NCBI GenBank assembly: GCA_051003195.1
Contig: JBPCLP010000039.1
Coordinates: 96,783-160,782 of the forward strand
Direction of reading: 5' to 3'
Source of the DNA: Candidatus Sumerlaeaceae bacterium
GTDB lineage: Bacteria > Sumerlaeota > Sumerlaeia > Sumerlaeales > Sumerlaeaceae
DNA length: 64,000 nucleotides
In this document: positions 40,783 through 51,528 of the stretch, piece after piece
How positions within the stretch are numbered: position 1 is the stretch's first letter
How the letters are laid out: each line of letters begins with the position of its first letter
Program-made: the position numbers and the translations under genes
Notes under the pieces: model-generated
What the model was told of the DNA's origin: nothing
Seen by the model: the letters and a program-made list of their open reading frames with translations, nothing else
Databases searched by the model: none

Positions 40783-40893
40783 GCACCGAAGGTGCGGCGG
40801 GTCCCAGCCCAGGGTAAGGAGGCCACGGCTTTATGTGGCCGACGCGGCCCTGGGTTACCGACACCCCCACGCCCGCGCGGTGAAACCGCGCCG
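40783..40893 (+). repeat. Family B structured REP-like element
   Basis: GCACCGAAGGTGC...AGCCCAGGG.AAGGAGGCCACGGCTTT.TGTGGCCGACGC.GCCCTGGGT...GCGCGGTGAAACCGCGC; homologous to 23860-23970. Confidence 0.82.
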
Positions 40894-41280
40894 CAAACCA
40901 ACCAACCCTGCTCTCAATGCGCTCCGCCCAACAATCCCATCCCGGCCCTCCCCCCGCTCACCCGGCCCCGCCGCGCTAAGGAGACACACGGGAATACCCA
41001 GGCCGTTTTTCGCCTGTTACACCATCCGCAATTCTATGAAAATCCACCGAATAGACACGCCCCCCAAAACTGGTGTAAACGGCCTCCGTACCATGCACCC
41101 CGAATGCCGCGACCGTCGGCAAACGGACATCTGCGCCCATCGTTCGCGCCTCTGTACGTCCTTGCGCGTGGCGGAAAACCGCCCCACTCCGTCAATCCCG
41201 CTGCCAGGGCCCACTCCGCCCCGGCGAATTCTTACGCGACGATTACCGTTTTTCAAGTGGCGAAATTACCCCATTTTCGC

Positions 41281-41573
41281 CAACTTGATTTATCTGCAAC
41301 ACTCTCAATCTTCTACACGCCAACTTGAATCCAACTTGAAAAACTTGAAAACCCCTCTGACCGCGCTCCCCATTCCCATTCTGGCCGCGCTCCCCGCCCT
41401 CTGGCCGGCCCCGCTCCCATTCCCATTCTGGCCGGTGCGCTCCTGCGCCCGGCCCGTCGGTCGCACTCCGCTGCGACACCATTTCCTACCCTCGGCTTCC
41501 GCTCCCGCTCCCGCGCCCGGCCCGTCCGTCGCACTCCGCTGCGACACCATTTCCCACCCCCCGCTGCGACACC
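41281..41573. repeat. C-rich low-complexity region with local direct repeats
   Basis: AACTTGA x4 (41282-41349); CCCATTCCCATTCTGGCCG x2; 42-bp direct repeat at 41445-41486 and 41513-41554. Confidence 0.7.
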
Positions 41574-41763
41574 GCTACGTGCCGCATTTCTTCCCCTCCG
41601 CGTTCCTCACAAAACACCGTAATCAAAACCGAATGTAGAGCTTTTCTCAGGGTAGCTGAACCGGCTACTTTCCAGCCTGCTTTTCGAGCTGGATGCCTGG
41701 CTGTTCGGGCTTTACTTTTTGGCCCGGATCGTTACCTCTTGGCGCACCAGTAATAGGAGAACC

Positions 41764-44331
41764 ATGCAGAACAACCGCGAGCAGATCATACCCATCAACA
41801 TCGAAGACGAAATGAAGACGTCGTACATCGATTACGCCATGAGCGTCATCGTTGGCCGTGCCTTGCCCGACGTGCGCGACGGCCTCAAGCCCGTCCACCG
41901 TCGCGTTATCTACGGAATGCACGACCTCGGCTTTGGCCCCACCCATAAGATGGAGAAAAGCGCCAAATCCGTCGGTCACGTCATGGGTAATTTCCACCCG
42001 CACGGCGATTCCGCCATCTACGATACCCTCGTGCGCATGGCCCAGGATTTTGCACTGCGCTACCCGCTCATCGATGGGCAGGGCAACTTCGGTTCCGTCG
42101 ACGGCGATCCCGCCGCCGCCATGCGTTACACCGAAAGCCGGCTCTCGCATTTTGCCAGCCTGCTCCTCCAGGACCTTGAAAAGAACACCGTCGATTTCGG
42201 CCCCAACTACGACAGCTCCCACATGGAGCCGCTCGTTCTCCCCAGCGCGTTTCCGAACCTTCTCGTCAACGGCTCCGGCGGAATCGCCGTCGGCATGGCG
42301 ACAAACATTCCCCCGCACAATCTCGGCGAAACCATCGATGCATGCCTGCTGATGGTCGACAACCCCAACGCCACCATAGCCGACCTGATGAAGAAGATGC
42401 CCGGCCCGGATTTCCCAACAGGCGCGTTCATCCGCGGACGCAAGGGCATCCTCGACGCCTATTCCACCGGACGGGGCAAAGTCGTCATGCGCGCCCGCAT
42501 CAAGACCGAGCAGCTCAAGGGCCAGCGCGAGGCCGTCATCGTCACCGAGCTTCCCTACCAGGTCAACAAGGCACGCCTCGTCGAAGAAATTGCATATCTC
42601 GTGCGCGACAAAAAGCTCACCGGCATCAGCGACCTCCGCGACGAGAGCGACCGCAACGGCATGCGCGTCGTCATCGAACTGAAGAAAGGCGAAGTGCCCG
42701 AGGTCGTCATCAACAACCTCTACAAGCACACCCAGCTGCAGACCACGTTTGGCGTCATCATGCTGGCGCTGGTGGATGGCCGTCCGCGTTACCTCAGCCT
42801 GCCGAAGATGATCCAGTACTACCTGAATCATCGCCGCGACGTCGTCGTGCGCCGCACGCGGTTTGAACTCGATCGCGCCGAGAAGCGCCTGCACATCGTG
42901 CATGGCCTTGTCGTCGTGCAGGACAACCTCGACGCCGTGATCAAGATTATCCGCGCCGCCGCAAACCCCGAAGAAGCCAAGGCCAAGCTGATGTCGACCT
43001 TCTTCGTGCCGCTGGAAATGGCGAAGCAGATCGATCCCGACGTGACAGACAAAGTTCCGCTGTCCGACGAGCAGGCCACCGCCATCCTCGAAATGCGCCT
43101 CAGCCGCCTGACCCAGCTTGAGAAAACCAAGCTCTTCCAGGAAGCCGAAGAACTCGTGAACGCCATTCTGAACTACCGGCGGATTCTGGGCGAGACCCAG
43201 GAAGTCTGGAATATCGTAAAGAAGGAACTGCGGGACGTCCGCGCCAAGTACGCGGACGAACGCCGTACCGAGATCGCCGACGACACGGGCGACCTCTCCA
43301 TCGAGGACCTGATCGCCGAGGAGAACATGGTCATCACCATTTCTCACACCGGCTACATCAAGCGCACACCCACGTCACTTTATCGCCGGCAACGGCGCGG
43401 TGGTAAAGGCATCACCGCAAGCGACCTGAAGGACGAAGACTGGATCGAGCATCTGTTCATCGGCACGACCCACAATTACCTCATGTTCTTCACCGACCGC
43501 GGGCAGGCCCACTGGCTGAAGGTTTATGAGATTCCGCAGGCGGCCCGTACGACTAAGGGACGGCCTCTGGTAAACATGCTTCAACTCGAACCGGGCGAGA
43601 AAATCCGCGCCGTGCTGCCCGTCGGCAACAAGTTCGAGGAGAACCGTTACCTGATCTTTGCGACGTGCAAAGGCCAGGTCTGCAAGCAGAGCCTCGCGTT
43701 ATATTCCAACCCGCGAAAGGCCGGCATCAAAGCGATCAACATCGACCAGGGCGACGAGCTGTGCGAAGTTCGCCTGACCAACGGCCAGAGCGAAATCATC
43801 CTCGCAACGCGCAACGGTATGGCAGTGCGCTTCCATGAAACCGCGGCGCGTCCGATGGGTCGATTTACATCCGGCGTGAAAGGAATCACGCTGGCAAAAG
43901 ACGACCAGATCATTGGCGTCGAAACACCGCGTCCCGGTGCAAGCCTGCTCACGGTTTGCGAGAACGGTTACGGCAAACGCAGTGACGTCGAAGACTACCG
44001 CCTCATTAATCGCGGCGGCAAAGGTGTCATCAACATCAAAGCCAATGATCGCAACGGCAAGGTCGTCGCCGTCAAGGAAGTCATCGATGACGACGAACTG
44101 ATCATGATCACCCGCGAGGGAATCAGCGTTCGCTTCCGCATCGCCGATCTGCGCACCCTCAGCCGCAACACCCAGGGCGTCCGCCTCATCAACCTCGCCG
44201 AGGGCGATTCTGTCGTCGGCGTAGCACGCCTGGCCGAAAAAGAAGACGACGTAGATGTCGAACTCGAAGGCGATAGCGAAGCCGATGTGCTGGACGACGC
44301 AGAGATTCCAGAAGGACCCGACGCCGATTAG
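41764..44331 (+). CDS. gyrA: DNA gyrase subunit A
   Basis: [44 protein letters not shown] (catalytic Tyr), GyrA-box QRRGGKG; ATG 41764 has an AGGAG RBS. Confidence 0.98.
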   Translation: MQNNREQIIPINIEDEMKTSYIDYAMSVIVGRALPDVRDGLKPVHRRVIYGMHDLGFGPTHKMEKSAKSVGHVMGNFHPHGDSAIYDTLVRMAQDFALRYPLIDGQGNFGSVDGDPAAAMRYTESRLSHFASLLLQDLEKNTVDFGPNYDSSHMEPLVLPSAFPNLLVNGSGGIAVGMATNIPPHNLGETIDACLLMVDNPNATIADLMKKMPGPDFPTGAFIRGRKGILDAYSTGRGKVVMRARIKTEQLKGQREAVIVTELPYQVNKARLVEEIAYLVRDKKLTGISDLRDESDRNGMRVVIELKKGEVPEVVINNLYKHTQLQTTFGVIMLALVDGRPRYLSLPKMIQYYLNHRRDVVVRRTRFELDRAEKRLHIVHGLVVVQDNLDAVIKIIRAAANPEEAKAKLMSTFFVPLEMAKQIDPDVTDKVPLSDEQATAILEMRLSRLTQLEKTKLFQEAEELVNAILNYRRILGETQEVWNIVKKELRDVRAKYADERRTEIADDTGDLSIEDLIAEENMVITISHTGYIKRTPTSLYRRQRRGGKGITASDLKDEDWIEHLFIGTTHNYLMFFTDRGQAHWLKVYEIPQAARTTKGRPLVNMLQLEPGEKIRAVLPVGNKFEENRYLIFATCKGQVCKQSLALYSNPRKAGIKAINIDQGDELCEVRLTNGQSEIILATRNGMAVRFHETAARPMGRFTSGVKGITLAKDDQIIGVETPRPGASLLTVCENGYGKRSDVEDYRLINRGGKGVINIKANDRNGKVVAVKEVIDDDELIMITREGISVRFRIADLRTLSRNTQGVRLINLAEGDSVVGVARLAEKEDDVDVELEGDSEADVLDDAEIPEGPDAD

Positions 44332-44350
44332 GTGTCTATTTTGCCGGATG

Positions 44351-44378
44351 AGACAGGCAGCCGAAAGGCTGCCTGTCT
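44351..44378 (+). terminator. Hairpin after gyrA
   Basis: AGACAGGCAGCC-GAAA-GGCTGCCTGTCT; no U tract. Confidence 0.6.
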
Positions 44379-44441
44379 GACGGAGACGGGATCGCATCAT
44401 TTGATTAAAGATCGAGCCCAGACCGGCATTGGACCCTCCTA

Positions 44442-46574
44442 GTGAGTGCCGGTATTGACGAACCCATGAACGGCAAAGGGATTTCGTGGTTCCCGATGCC
44501 AGTGAAGTTAATCGCGCTGGCACTCTTCCTTGCCGCCCTTGTCGTTTTCTGGTATCATGCGGCTCCAACAATCAGCTTCCATGACAGCGGCGAATTTGCG
44601 CTCGCCACCGCATGCGGCGGACTAACTCACCCCCCGGGCGCCCCAACATGGTGCCTTCTCGGCACCACTCTTTTTCACCTGGGTGGTTTTGAAGATCCAG
44701 CCCGTGCCGGGAATATGCTCGCCGCAATGATGGGAGCGGTCACGGTTGCGCTGCTGTTCCTGTTCGCTTATGCCGCTATCGAAGAACGGTTTCCCAAATC
44801 CGAACGGGCTGTAAAGATTTTCAGCGCACTCGTTGCGCCGGCAGTGCTGCTCAATTCCGCGGCCTTCCTTGAACAGTGTCTCATTGTTGAGCAGTATACT
44901 CTGCTGACCACGTTGCTGCTGATATTTCTGCTGCTGATTGGCTGGCTCGACAGAAAATTACAGACCGGCGCGTGGCAGCCAATGCAAATAATCTCGGTAC
45001 AATTCCTTATCGGCCTGATCTGGGCGCTGGGTTACGGCAACCACCCAAGCCAGATTTGCTGCATCGTTGCGGTCCTACTGCTGCTATTTGTGCACTACAA
45101 GCAATACGGTGCAAAGGTTTGCCTGCATGAGGCAATTTGGATTGGGCTCGGCTTTTCTGTCGGCATGCTGGTCTTTTTGTGGCTGCCGATCTGCGGTTTT
45201 CGTGAAGCACTTATGGACCCGGTTCGCGCAACAACCTGGGAACGATTTTGGTGGGGGTTCACCCGCGCTGTTTATGAAAAGCGTTCCTGGGCAGAGGTCC
45301 CAGATAACTATGTTCGCGAATTGCTTCTGACCTACGACTTCATTGGTGAGCTGGGCTTTCTCGGATTTACGCTCGCTATCATTGGAGTTCTTTTCCTCGT
45401 GCGTTCTCGTTCCCTCATGCTGGGGTGCTCACTGATTGTTGTGGGCGCCTATGCTGTTGGAATGTTTCAAGGCTTCGTCTTTCAGAAAGGCCTGACTCTC
45501 ATTTATCTGCAATACTACGGCGTGCGTGACTGGCACCTGCCGTTGTACCTGGCCGGCGCCTTCCTGGCTGCAATTGCGACGTCAGGCGTCGCAAGTCGAA
45601 TCCGGCTGACCGTTAATTCACCTAAAGTTCGACTGCTTACATGCGCCGTCGTTTTCGCGGTTTCATCGGTACTTGCATGGGATTCGGTTCGCGAAAACTC
45701 CATGCGGCATTTTACAGCGCCGCTGGATTTTATCCACGACTGTATGAGCGTGCTTCCCAAAGACTCCATAGTAATAGCGAACGGAGACAATGTCTCTATG
45801 ATGTTGGCCTATTACACATGCAGAACTGGCCGGCAGATCGAGCCCCAACGCATACTGTACGCATATGCGGTTTCGAGTTGGGATGAAAAAATACGGGGCA
45901 AGGGAGATTGGACGCCAGAAACGCGCGAGTGGTTGGTTCGAGCGCTTGAGAATCCCGCAAAACAACCATTGCGCGTTGCCGGACTTTCATCCGAGCGAAC
46001 GCGGAATGCGCCACTGTTTACCGATTATATTGAGCGAAATGGTCCGCTGGCCGACCACCTGGTACCCGCTGGGTTCCTGTTCCGCATCCAGGACCACCCC
46101 ACTACCACAAGTGAGATCCTTGAGGCGGAACTTAAGTGGCGTCGCGAGCATCCCGAAGCCATGCGCCCGCCAGGTAAGGGCATTCGCCATCTCGAGATGG
46201 AAGCCCGAGGCATGGTGCATTGGCAGCGCGCGGACTTCTTTCACGAACGCCAAATCTGGCCGCTCGCACTCGAGGAATACCGCCGATCACTGGCCTGGAT
46301 GCCGCTGAATCCTGTGTCGTGGTTTGGCCTTGGCATGTGTCTCGAGCAGGTTGGGGCACCCGCCAAAGATGCGATGGCCGCTTACCGCAATGCCCTGCGC
46401 TATGACAAAAAGACGAAGAACGTGCGCGTGAACCTTGCTGCACTGGAAATCGCTCAGGAAAACTACAAGCCGGCTAAAGAACTGCTCGAAGAGGAACTAC
46501 GGATTAATCCCATAAATAAAGCGGCCAAAACAAACCTGCTGTTTGTGAACGAGAAACTGGGGACAAACCAGTAG
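44442..46574 (+). CDS. DUF2723/TMEM260-like GT-C membrane glycosyltransferase with C-terminal TPRs
   Basis: DSGEFALATACGGLTHPPGAP signature, VEQYTL, GNH, multiple TMs, TPR tail; start may be 44496. Confidence 0.82.
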   Translation: MSAGIDEPMNGKGISWFPMPVKLIALALFLAALVVFWYHAAPTISFHDSGEFALATACGGLTHPPGAPTWCLLGTTLFHLGGFEDPARAGNMLAAMMGAVTVALLFLFAYAAIEERFPKSERAVKIFSALVAPAVLLNSAAFLEQCLIVEQYTLLTTLLLIFLLLIGWLDRKLQTGAWQPMQIISVQFLIGLIWALGYGNHPSQICCIVAVLLLLFVHYKQYGAKVCLHEAIWIGLGFSVGMLVFLWLPICGFREALMDPVRATTWERFWWGFTRAVYEKRSWAEVPDNYVRELLLTYDFIGELGFLGFTLAIIGVLFLVRSRSLMLGCSLIVVGAYAVGMFQGFVFQKGLTLIYLQYYGVRDWHLPLYLAGAFLAAIATSGVASRIRLTVNSPKVRLLTCAVVFAVSSVLAWDSVRENSMRHFTAPLDFIHDCMSVLPKDSIVIANGDNVSMMLAYYTCRTGRQIEPQRILYAYAVSSWDEKIRGKGDWTPETREWLVRALENPAKQPLRVAGLSSERTRNAPLFTDYIERNGPLADHLVPAGFLFRIQDHPTTTSEILEAELKWRREHPEAMRPPGKGIRHLEMEARGMVHWQRADFFHERQIWPLALEEYRRSLAWMPLNPVSWFGLGMCLEQVGAPAKDAMAAYRNALRYDKKTKNVRVNLAALEIAQENYKPAKELLEEELRINPINKAAKTNLLFVNEKLGTNQ

Positions 46575-46582
46575 CGTCGCAC

Positions 46583-47935
46583 TCACCAGGTCCGGATTTT
46601 ATCCAGGTTTGTCAGCACGTACTTCGTTGCCGACAGATAGTAGTTACCCCGCTGCTCTGGTGGCAGTAGTGACAACAACGTACCATAGAACGAAACCGGA
46701 TTGGCTGTCGGCGTTCTGCTGGCTACTTTGCGAATCTTCCGCAGTTGCACACGGAACGGCGGTCCGTAACCATCCCACGCAATGTTGGGCTGCCGCGTCA
46801 CAGCCCTGTTAAACTGTATCGAAGTCACGGCGTGTGCTGCAGCACAGGAGATCACCAGCGCCAGCAACACCGGAACTGCGTATCGGCGGCCATTGAAGAA
46901 TTGCATCGCACGTTCGAGCCCGATGCTCGCCAGCAGAATCGCGCAGGGCAGAACTGATACCAGGTAGTGCTGGTGGAAGACTATGCGGCTGAAGGTCATG
47001 GTTACGACGGGCAGCACCAGCCAGAGCCCCAGCAGCTGGTACAGCGGATGGCGTATTTGAAGGAAAGTTGCAACCAAACCGCCGGCCATCGCGATCCACA
47101 AGAATAGCTGCCCGCCATAGGGAACATGGAACAAAAATCCCGTACCTGAGAGCAGGCGTCCCGGCGCCATTGACACGGCGGGTTGGAACCTCGGCGCGAT
47201 GCGACGGCCATGCAGGATGGCATCTACATTGGGCCAGTGTTCCAAAGCGTCAAAGAACAGGTAGGGGGCATAGGGAAGCATGAAAAGCACAAAAGCTGCG
47301 CCCCAGTGTTTCCACCGTAGTTGGCTGCGCGCGTGAAACGCCGAGACAACAAGCAGCAATCCCAGTACTATTGTCGTCATATGGAGCTGCGTCATCAGCG
47401 CACAGGCCAGACCGCCGATCACAAGATACCGCGGCTGTTTGCGGATCGCGAGTACGAGGCAGCAGTACACGAATCCAATCACGAAGGGCGCGAGCGCATC
47501 CTGCTGCCAGATTTTACGCGAGTAATAGACCGCCCACGGGTTCACCGCAAAAAGAACCGAGGCGATCCACCCGCATGCGGCGCCGCCAATTAGTGAACCG
47601 AGTCTAAACAGCAGTCCAACAGCGCAAACGTTCAGGAGACAGATAAATGCCGTCGCGATTACAGGGTCACGCGTGAGCAGGTACGGGATGCTCATGAGGT
47701 AGATGAAGAACGGCGCGTTTTCATTTCCGACGGATGACATCATGCCCGATGCGGGGAAGAACTCACCGTCCGCGATCAGGCAGGCCATCATGGAATTGAC
47801 GGCTTCGTCGTGTTTGAACTCCATGGACGAGAGATTTTGAAGACGCAGGAATGCGGCGAGGCTAAGAAGCAACGAGAGTAAAAGGAGAGTTCGGTAGCGC
47901 CGCACCCAGTCCTGCAAGAATTGTACAGTATCCAT
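46583..47935 (-). CDS. ArnT/PMT-like GT-C glycosyltransferase
   Basis: AFLRLQNL...FKHDEA, PFFIYL, LFAVNPWAVYYSRKIWQ, QLH; multi-TM. Confidence 0.8.
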   Translation of the reverse strand: MDTVQFLQDWVRRYRTLLLLSLLLSLAAFLRLQNLSSMEFKHDEAVNSMMACLIADGEFFPASGMMSSVGNENAPFFIYLMSIPYLLTRDPVIATAFICLLNVCAVGLLFRLGSLIGGAACGWIASVLFAVNPWAVYYSRKIWQQDALAPFVIGFVYCCLVLAIRKQPRYLVIGGLACALMTQLHMTTIVLGLLLVVSAFHARSQLRWKHWGAAFVLFMLPYAPYLFFDALEHWPNVDAILHGRRIAPRFQPAVSMAPGRLLSGTGFLFHVPYGGQLFLWIAMAGGLVATFLQIRHPLYQLLGLWLVLPVVTMTFSRIVFHQHYLVSVLPCAILLASIGLERAMQFFNGRRYAVPVLLALVISCAAAHAVTSIQFNRAVTRQPNIAWDGYGPPFRVQLRKIRKVASRTPTANPVSFYGTLLSLLPPEQRGNYYLSATKYVLTNLDKIRTW

Positions 47936-48068
47936 TCAGGCGGCAATTTGAAGAGCGCGTTGAAGCAGTCAACTGCGGCTATCGACCGAAACCGAGGCCG
48001 GAAGTTCTTGAAGGCACCTTCCTGAGAAACGAGAGCCGCTGAATACAGCATCGACCAAGGGAGAGGAA

Positions 48069-49052
48069 ATGCAGAAACAACGGCTGGGCGCACGTGGGCC
48101 GGAAGTTACCACGATTGGCTTTGGTGCATGGGCGATCGGCGGGATGAACTGGGGCGCGACGGACGACGACGTATCCCGGCAGGCGCTGCATGCGGCGCTG
48201 GAACGTGGTGTCACTCTGATCGATACGGCGGATGTTTACGGTTTTGGCCATTCGGAAGAGCTGGTTTCGGAGGTGCTCGATACCCGCGGCCGGCCTGCAA
48301 ATGTGACAATCGCCACCAAAGCCGGCAGCGATTTCTATGCAGCGGTGGAAGCTGGTAAGAATAGCACCGACGATGTGCGTCCGAACTATTCGAAGTCTTA
48401 CCTGGTCGGCGCCGCTGAGAAAAGCATCAAACGGCTGAAGGTTGAGTCATTGGACATCCTTCAGCTGCACAGTCCGGGGCTCGAACTGCTGGAGCGGGAC
48501 GAGCCGTGGGAGGCGCTGGCCACGCTTAAGCGCGATGGCAAGATACGCAACGCCGGCTGGAGCGTGCAGTCTTTCAAGGAAACAGAGCAGGCGCATCTGC
48601 TGGACAGGCACAGCGATCTGCTGGACGTGATCCAGGTGCGCTACAACATGCTCGAACGTGAAGCGGAGAGAGTGCTGTTCCCAAAGGCGATGAAACACGG
48701 CATTGGAGTGATCGTGAGGATTCCCCTCCTGTTTGGTCTGCTAACGGGAAAATTTAATCGGGAAGCTCGTTTCAGTGGTGACGATCACCGGCGGACCAAC
48801 CTCGCACCTGAAAAGTTGCAGAAGTACCTGGACGAGCTCGATGAACTCAAACCGGTGTTCGAGCAGTTCCCAAACGAGACGATGACACAGGTCGCTCTAC
48901 GGTTTTGCGTCTCGCATCCTGCCTGTCATACAGCCATACCCGGGGCGAAGACAGATCAGCAGGTGGACGATAACTGTACGGCGTCGGAGCTCGGGCCGCT
49001 GCCCGCCCAGATCGTGTCACAAATCGACGGCATCCAGGCATGGAACGTCTGA
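48069..49052 (+). CDS. Aldo/keto reductase
   Basis: IGFGAWAIGG, IDTADVYGFGHSE, IATKAG, LDILQLHSP, IPGAK. Confidence 0.94.
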   Translation: MQKQRLGARGPEVTTIGFGAWAIGGMNWGATDDDVSRQALHAALERGVTLIDTADVYGFGHSEELVSEVLDTRGRPANVTIATKAGSDFYAAVEAGKNSTDDVRPNYSKSYLVGAAEKSIKRLKVESLDILQLHSPGLELLERDEPWEALATLKRDGKIRNAGWSVQSFKETEQAHLLDRHSDLLDVIQVRYNMLEREAERVLFPKAMKHGIGVIVRIPLLFGLLTGKFNREARFSGDDHRRTNLAPEKLQKYLDELDELKPVFEQFPNETMTQVALRFCVSHPACHTAIPGAKTDQQVDDNCTASELGPLPAQIVSQIDGIQAWNV

Positions 49053-49332
49053 GCACCGAAAATTACTGCATGACCGTGGTTTCCTGCGTGAAGCCGCCTG
49101 CGGTGACGGTGACTTGTGCGGTGGCCATGTTCCATTTGGTCGTGGTACAGCTGGGCTGGAGTTTTGCAAAACTCCGGGGAAACGTGGAACTATTCAATTA
49201 TGAAGCGCCCGCGGCGGAAACCAAAGATTATATCACGGGTTGAAAGGGTAACCAATCCAACGTGAGTGCTGCGCGTACAACTTACCCTTGCGTCGAGGAC
49301 GGTGAATACCGGGCTTCGCTTAAACGCATCCT

Positions 49333-49983
49333 ATGAGTTCCCCTCTGCCCAGTGCCTGGACGACAGAGGCGCATGTGAATGCATATCTATCCAGGGCCGA
49401 TGAGGTGCCGCACCGGGCAGAAGGTGAAGCGGTTGTGCTGGAACTACTGCCGAAGGATTTGCGCCGGGTGCTGGATATCGGAGCCGGTGATGGCCGGTTG
49501 CTGGCACTGGTAAAATCGGCTTATCCCAATGTTGCGGGGGTAGCGCTGGATTTTTCGCCCACGATGCTCGCTGCTGTGCGTAAGCGATTCGCTGCAGATT
49601 CGACGGTATCGGTAACTGATCATAATCTCGAGAACCCATTGCCGAAGCTGGGAAGTTTTGATGCCGTGGTGTCGAGTTTCGCAATTCATCATGTGGAGGA
49701 TGCACGAAAGATTGAGTTATATCGGGAGATTTTCGGCGTACTGAACCCGGGTGGTGTGTTTGTTAACCTCGAGCACGTGAGCGCACCAACCGCGAAATTG
49801 CGTGATGACTTTTTCCGGACGATGGGTACCACGCTGGCCGAAGAGGACCCCTGCAATAAGTGCAGCCCGGTTGAACCCCAACTGGCTTGGCTGCGCGAGA
49901 TTGGTTTCCACGATGTGGATTGTTACTGGAAGTGGCGTGAGCTGGCGCTGCTGGCGGGCGTGAAACCAGGTTCTAGAGTGTAG
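49333..49983 (+). CDS. Class I SAM-dependent methyltransferase
   Basis: VLDIGAGDG, LDFSPTML, FDAVVSSFAIHH, LNPGG. Confidence 0.92.
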   Translation: MSSPLPSAWTTEAHVNAYLSRADEVPHRAEGEAVVLELLPKDLRRVLDIGAGDGRLLALVKSAYPNVAGVALDFSPTMLAAVRKRFAADSTVSVTDHNLENPLPKLGSFDAVVSSFAIHHVEDARKIELYREIFGVLNPGGVFVNLEHVSAPTAKLRDDFFRTMGTTLAEEDPCNKCSPVEPQLAWLREIGFHDVDCYWKWRELALLAGVKPGSRV

Positions 49984-50116
49984 TCTCGCCGGTTACTTCA
50001 TGGCCGTGCAGGCAAAATGCGCCGCTGGGGCTGCTGGCCGGCTTAAATTCGCTTGATTGGACGCGCCGGAAGACTCAACGTCAGCCAAACCTTAAATGCG
50101 ACAGAAGGGTCGGGCG

Positions 50117-50326
50117 ATGTCCTTAACGATCACCAGCGAAGAAATAGTTAAGAAGATCCAGGCGAAGATGGCCGAGCAGAACGAGGTGATCCGCGAGCAG
50201 CAGATCCAAATCCAGGAACAGCAGCAGAAGATTTCCGAGCTTGAGCAAAAGCTGGGTGAACTGAACAACGCCGAAAATGAGCGCAACGAGATGCTGAGCA
50301 AGCTGGCGGAGCTGGTATCCGAGTAA
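50117..50326 (+). CDS. Small coiled-coil protein
   Basis: 69 aa, Gln/Glu-rich heptad pattern; host-like codon usage. Confidence 0.7.
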   Translation: MSLTITSEEIVKKIQAKMAEQNEVIREQQIQIQEQQQKISELEQKLGELNNAENERNEMLSKLAELVSE

Positions 50327-50375
50327 GAGCGGCAGTCTAAAGAGTATTCCTACCGCGCTCAGCCCTATCGATCAG

Positions 50376-50473
50376 CTGGAGTGGTCTACCGTTAGTTCGT
50401 AATCAGATCTGTGTGCCGAATCGGTCAAGTCTGCCCTTTGGTCTGGTAAGGAACTACGGATTCGGCACACTGG
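50376..50473 (-). repeat. Family A element
   Basis: Reverse complement CCAGTGTGCCGAATC...GATTCGGCACACAGATCTGATTACGAACTAACGGTAGACCACTCCAG. Confidence 0.87.
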
Positions 50474-50482
50474 AGTGAGACC

Positions 50483-51229
50483 TCACATCACCATCCCGCC
50501 CGAGACAATCAGTGTGGTTCCTGTGACGTAGCTGCTGAGATCACTGGCCAGGTAAAGCGCCGCATTAGCAATATCAACCGGCTCGCCGTAGCGTTTAAGC
50601 GGAATCTGGCCGAGTACCTGCTCCTTCATTTTGTCGTCCAGCGTTGCGGTCATGTCGCTCGTAATAAAGCCAGGAGCAATGACATTGGCGCGAATGCCGC
50701 GCGGAGCCAGCTCGCGCGCGATCGTTTTTGTGAATCCAATGAGGCCTGCCTTGCTGGCAGCGTAGTTCGCCTGGCCTGCCAATCCCATCAGACCGGAGAC
50801 CGACGAGACGTTAATGATGGAGCCGGTGCGGGCTTTCATCATGTGTTTGCTTGCCGCTTTGCATGTCGCGTAAGCGGACTTGAGGTTCGTATCGAGGACT
50901 GTATCCCATGCTTCCTCGTCCATGCGCATGAGCAGCGTGTCGCGGGTGATGCCGGCATTGTTGACCAGCACGTCGATTTTCCCGAAAGCTTTCATGGCCT
51001 CGTCGACCAGCCGCTCGCAATCAGCTACTTTGGAGACGTCCGCCTGCACGGCGACGGCTTTGCGTCCGAGACCGGCGACGAAATCGACGAGGTCCTGGGC
51101 GGGTGTTTTGTGATAATTTACAACGAGGTCTGCGCCGGCGCGTGCAAACTCCTCCGCAATTGCGCGTCCAATACCGCGGCTGGCGCCGGTGACGACGGCG
51201 GCTTGTCCTTCAAGGCTGATGGTTTTCAT
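50483..51229 (-). CDS. fabG: 3-oxoacyl-ACP reductase
   Basis: TGASRGIG, NNAGITRD, GQANYAASKAG, PGFITSDMT. Confidence 0.9.
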   Translation of the reverse strand: MKTISLEGQAAVVTGASRGIGRAIAEEFARAGADLVVNYHKTPAQDLVDFVAGLGRKAVAVQADVSKVADCERLVDEAMKAFGKIDVLVNNAGITRDTLLMRMDEEAWDTVLDTNLKSAYATCKAASKHMMKARTGSIINVSSVSGLMGLAGQANYAASKAGLIGFTKTIARELAPRGIRANVIAPGFITSDMTATLDDKMKEQVLGQIPLKRYGEPVDIANAALYLASDLSSYVTGTTLIVSGGMVM

Positions 51230-51294
51230 GTGGCGCACGGTGCACGTCCGAGAATGCCGTTATCAACCGAAAGCTCAAGCTATGCAGCAGCACC

Positions 51295-51483
51295 TTAGTG
51301 TGGCGTCCCATTAATTCGTTCTCTGGTCTTATGTGCCGTCCGAGCTCGAAAGCTTCCTGCAGTATAGCTATGAACTTTTGGGACGGCACACTGGTGTGGT
51401 GTCCCATTAATTCGTTCACTGGTTTTGTGCGCCGTCCGAGCTCGAAAGCTTCTTGAAGCATAACTTCTGAGACGGCACATTAG
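51295..51483 (-). repeat. Two tandem family A elements
   Basis: Copies at 51295-51394 and 51391-51483 share a CTGG junction; close to the 23522 copy. Confidence 0.88.
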
Positions 51484-51528
51484 ATTAGCCGTTGATTGGG
51501 GCTGGAAGTGCGCGACACCGTGCCGCGT

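Noticed and set aside
40894..41763. Replication origin next to gyrA
   Set aside because: No dnaA/dnaN, no DnaA-box cluster seen and no AT-rich unwinding element.
50117..50326. zapB assignment
   Set aside because: Size and coiled-coil character fit, but no specific sequence signature or synteny supports it.
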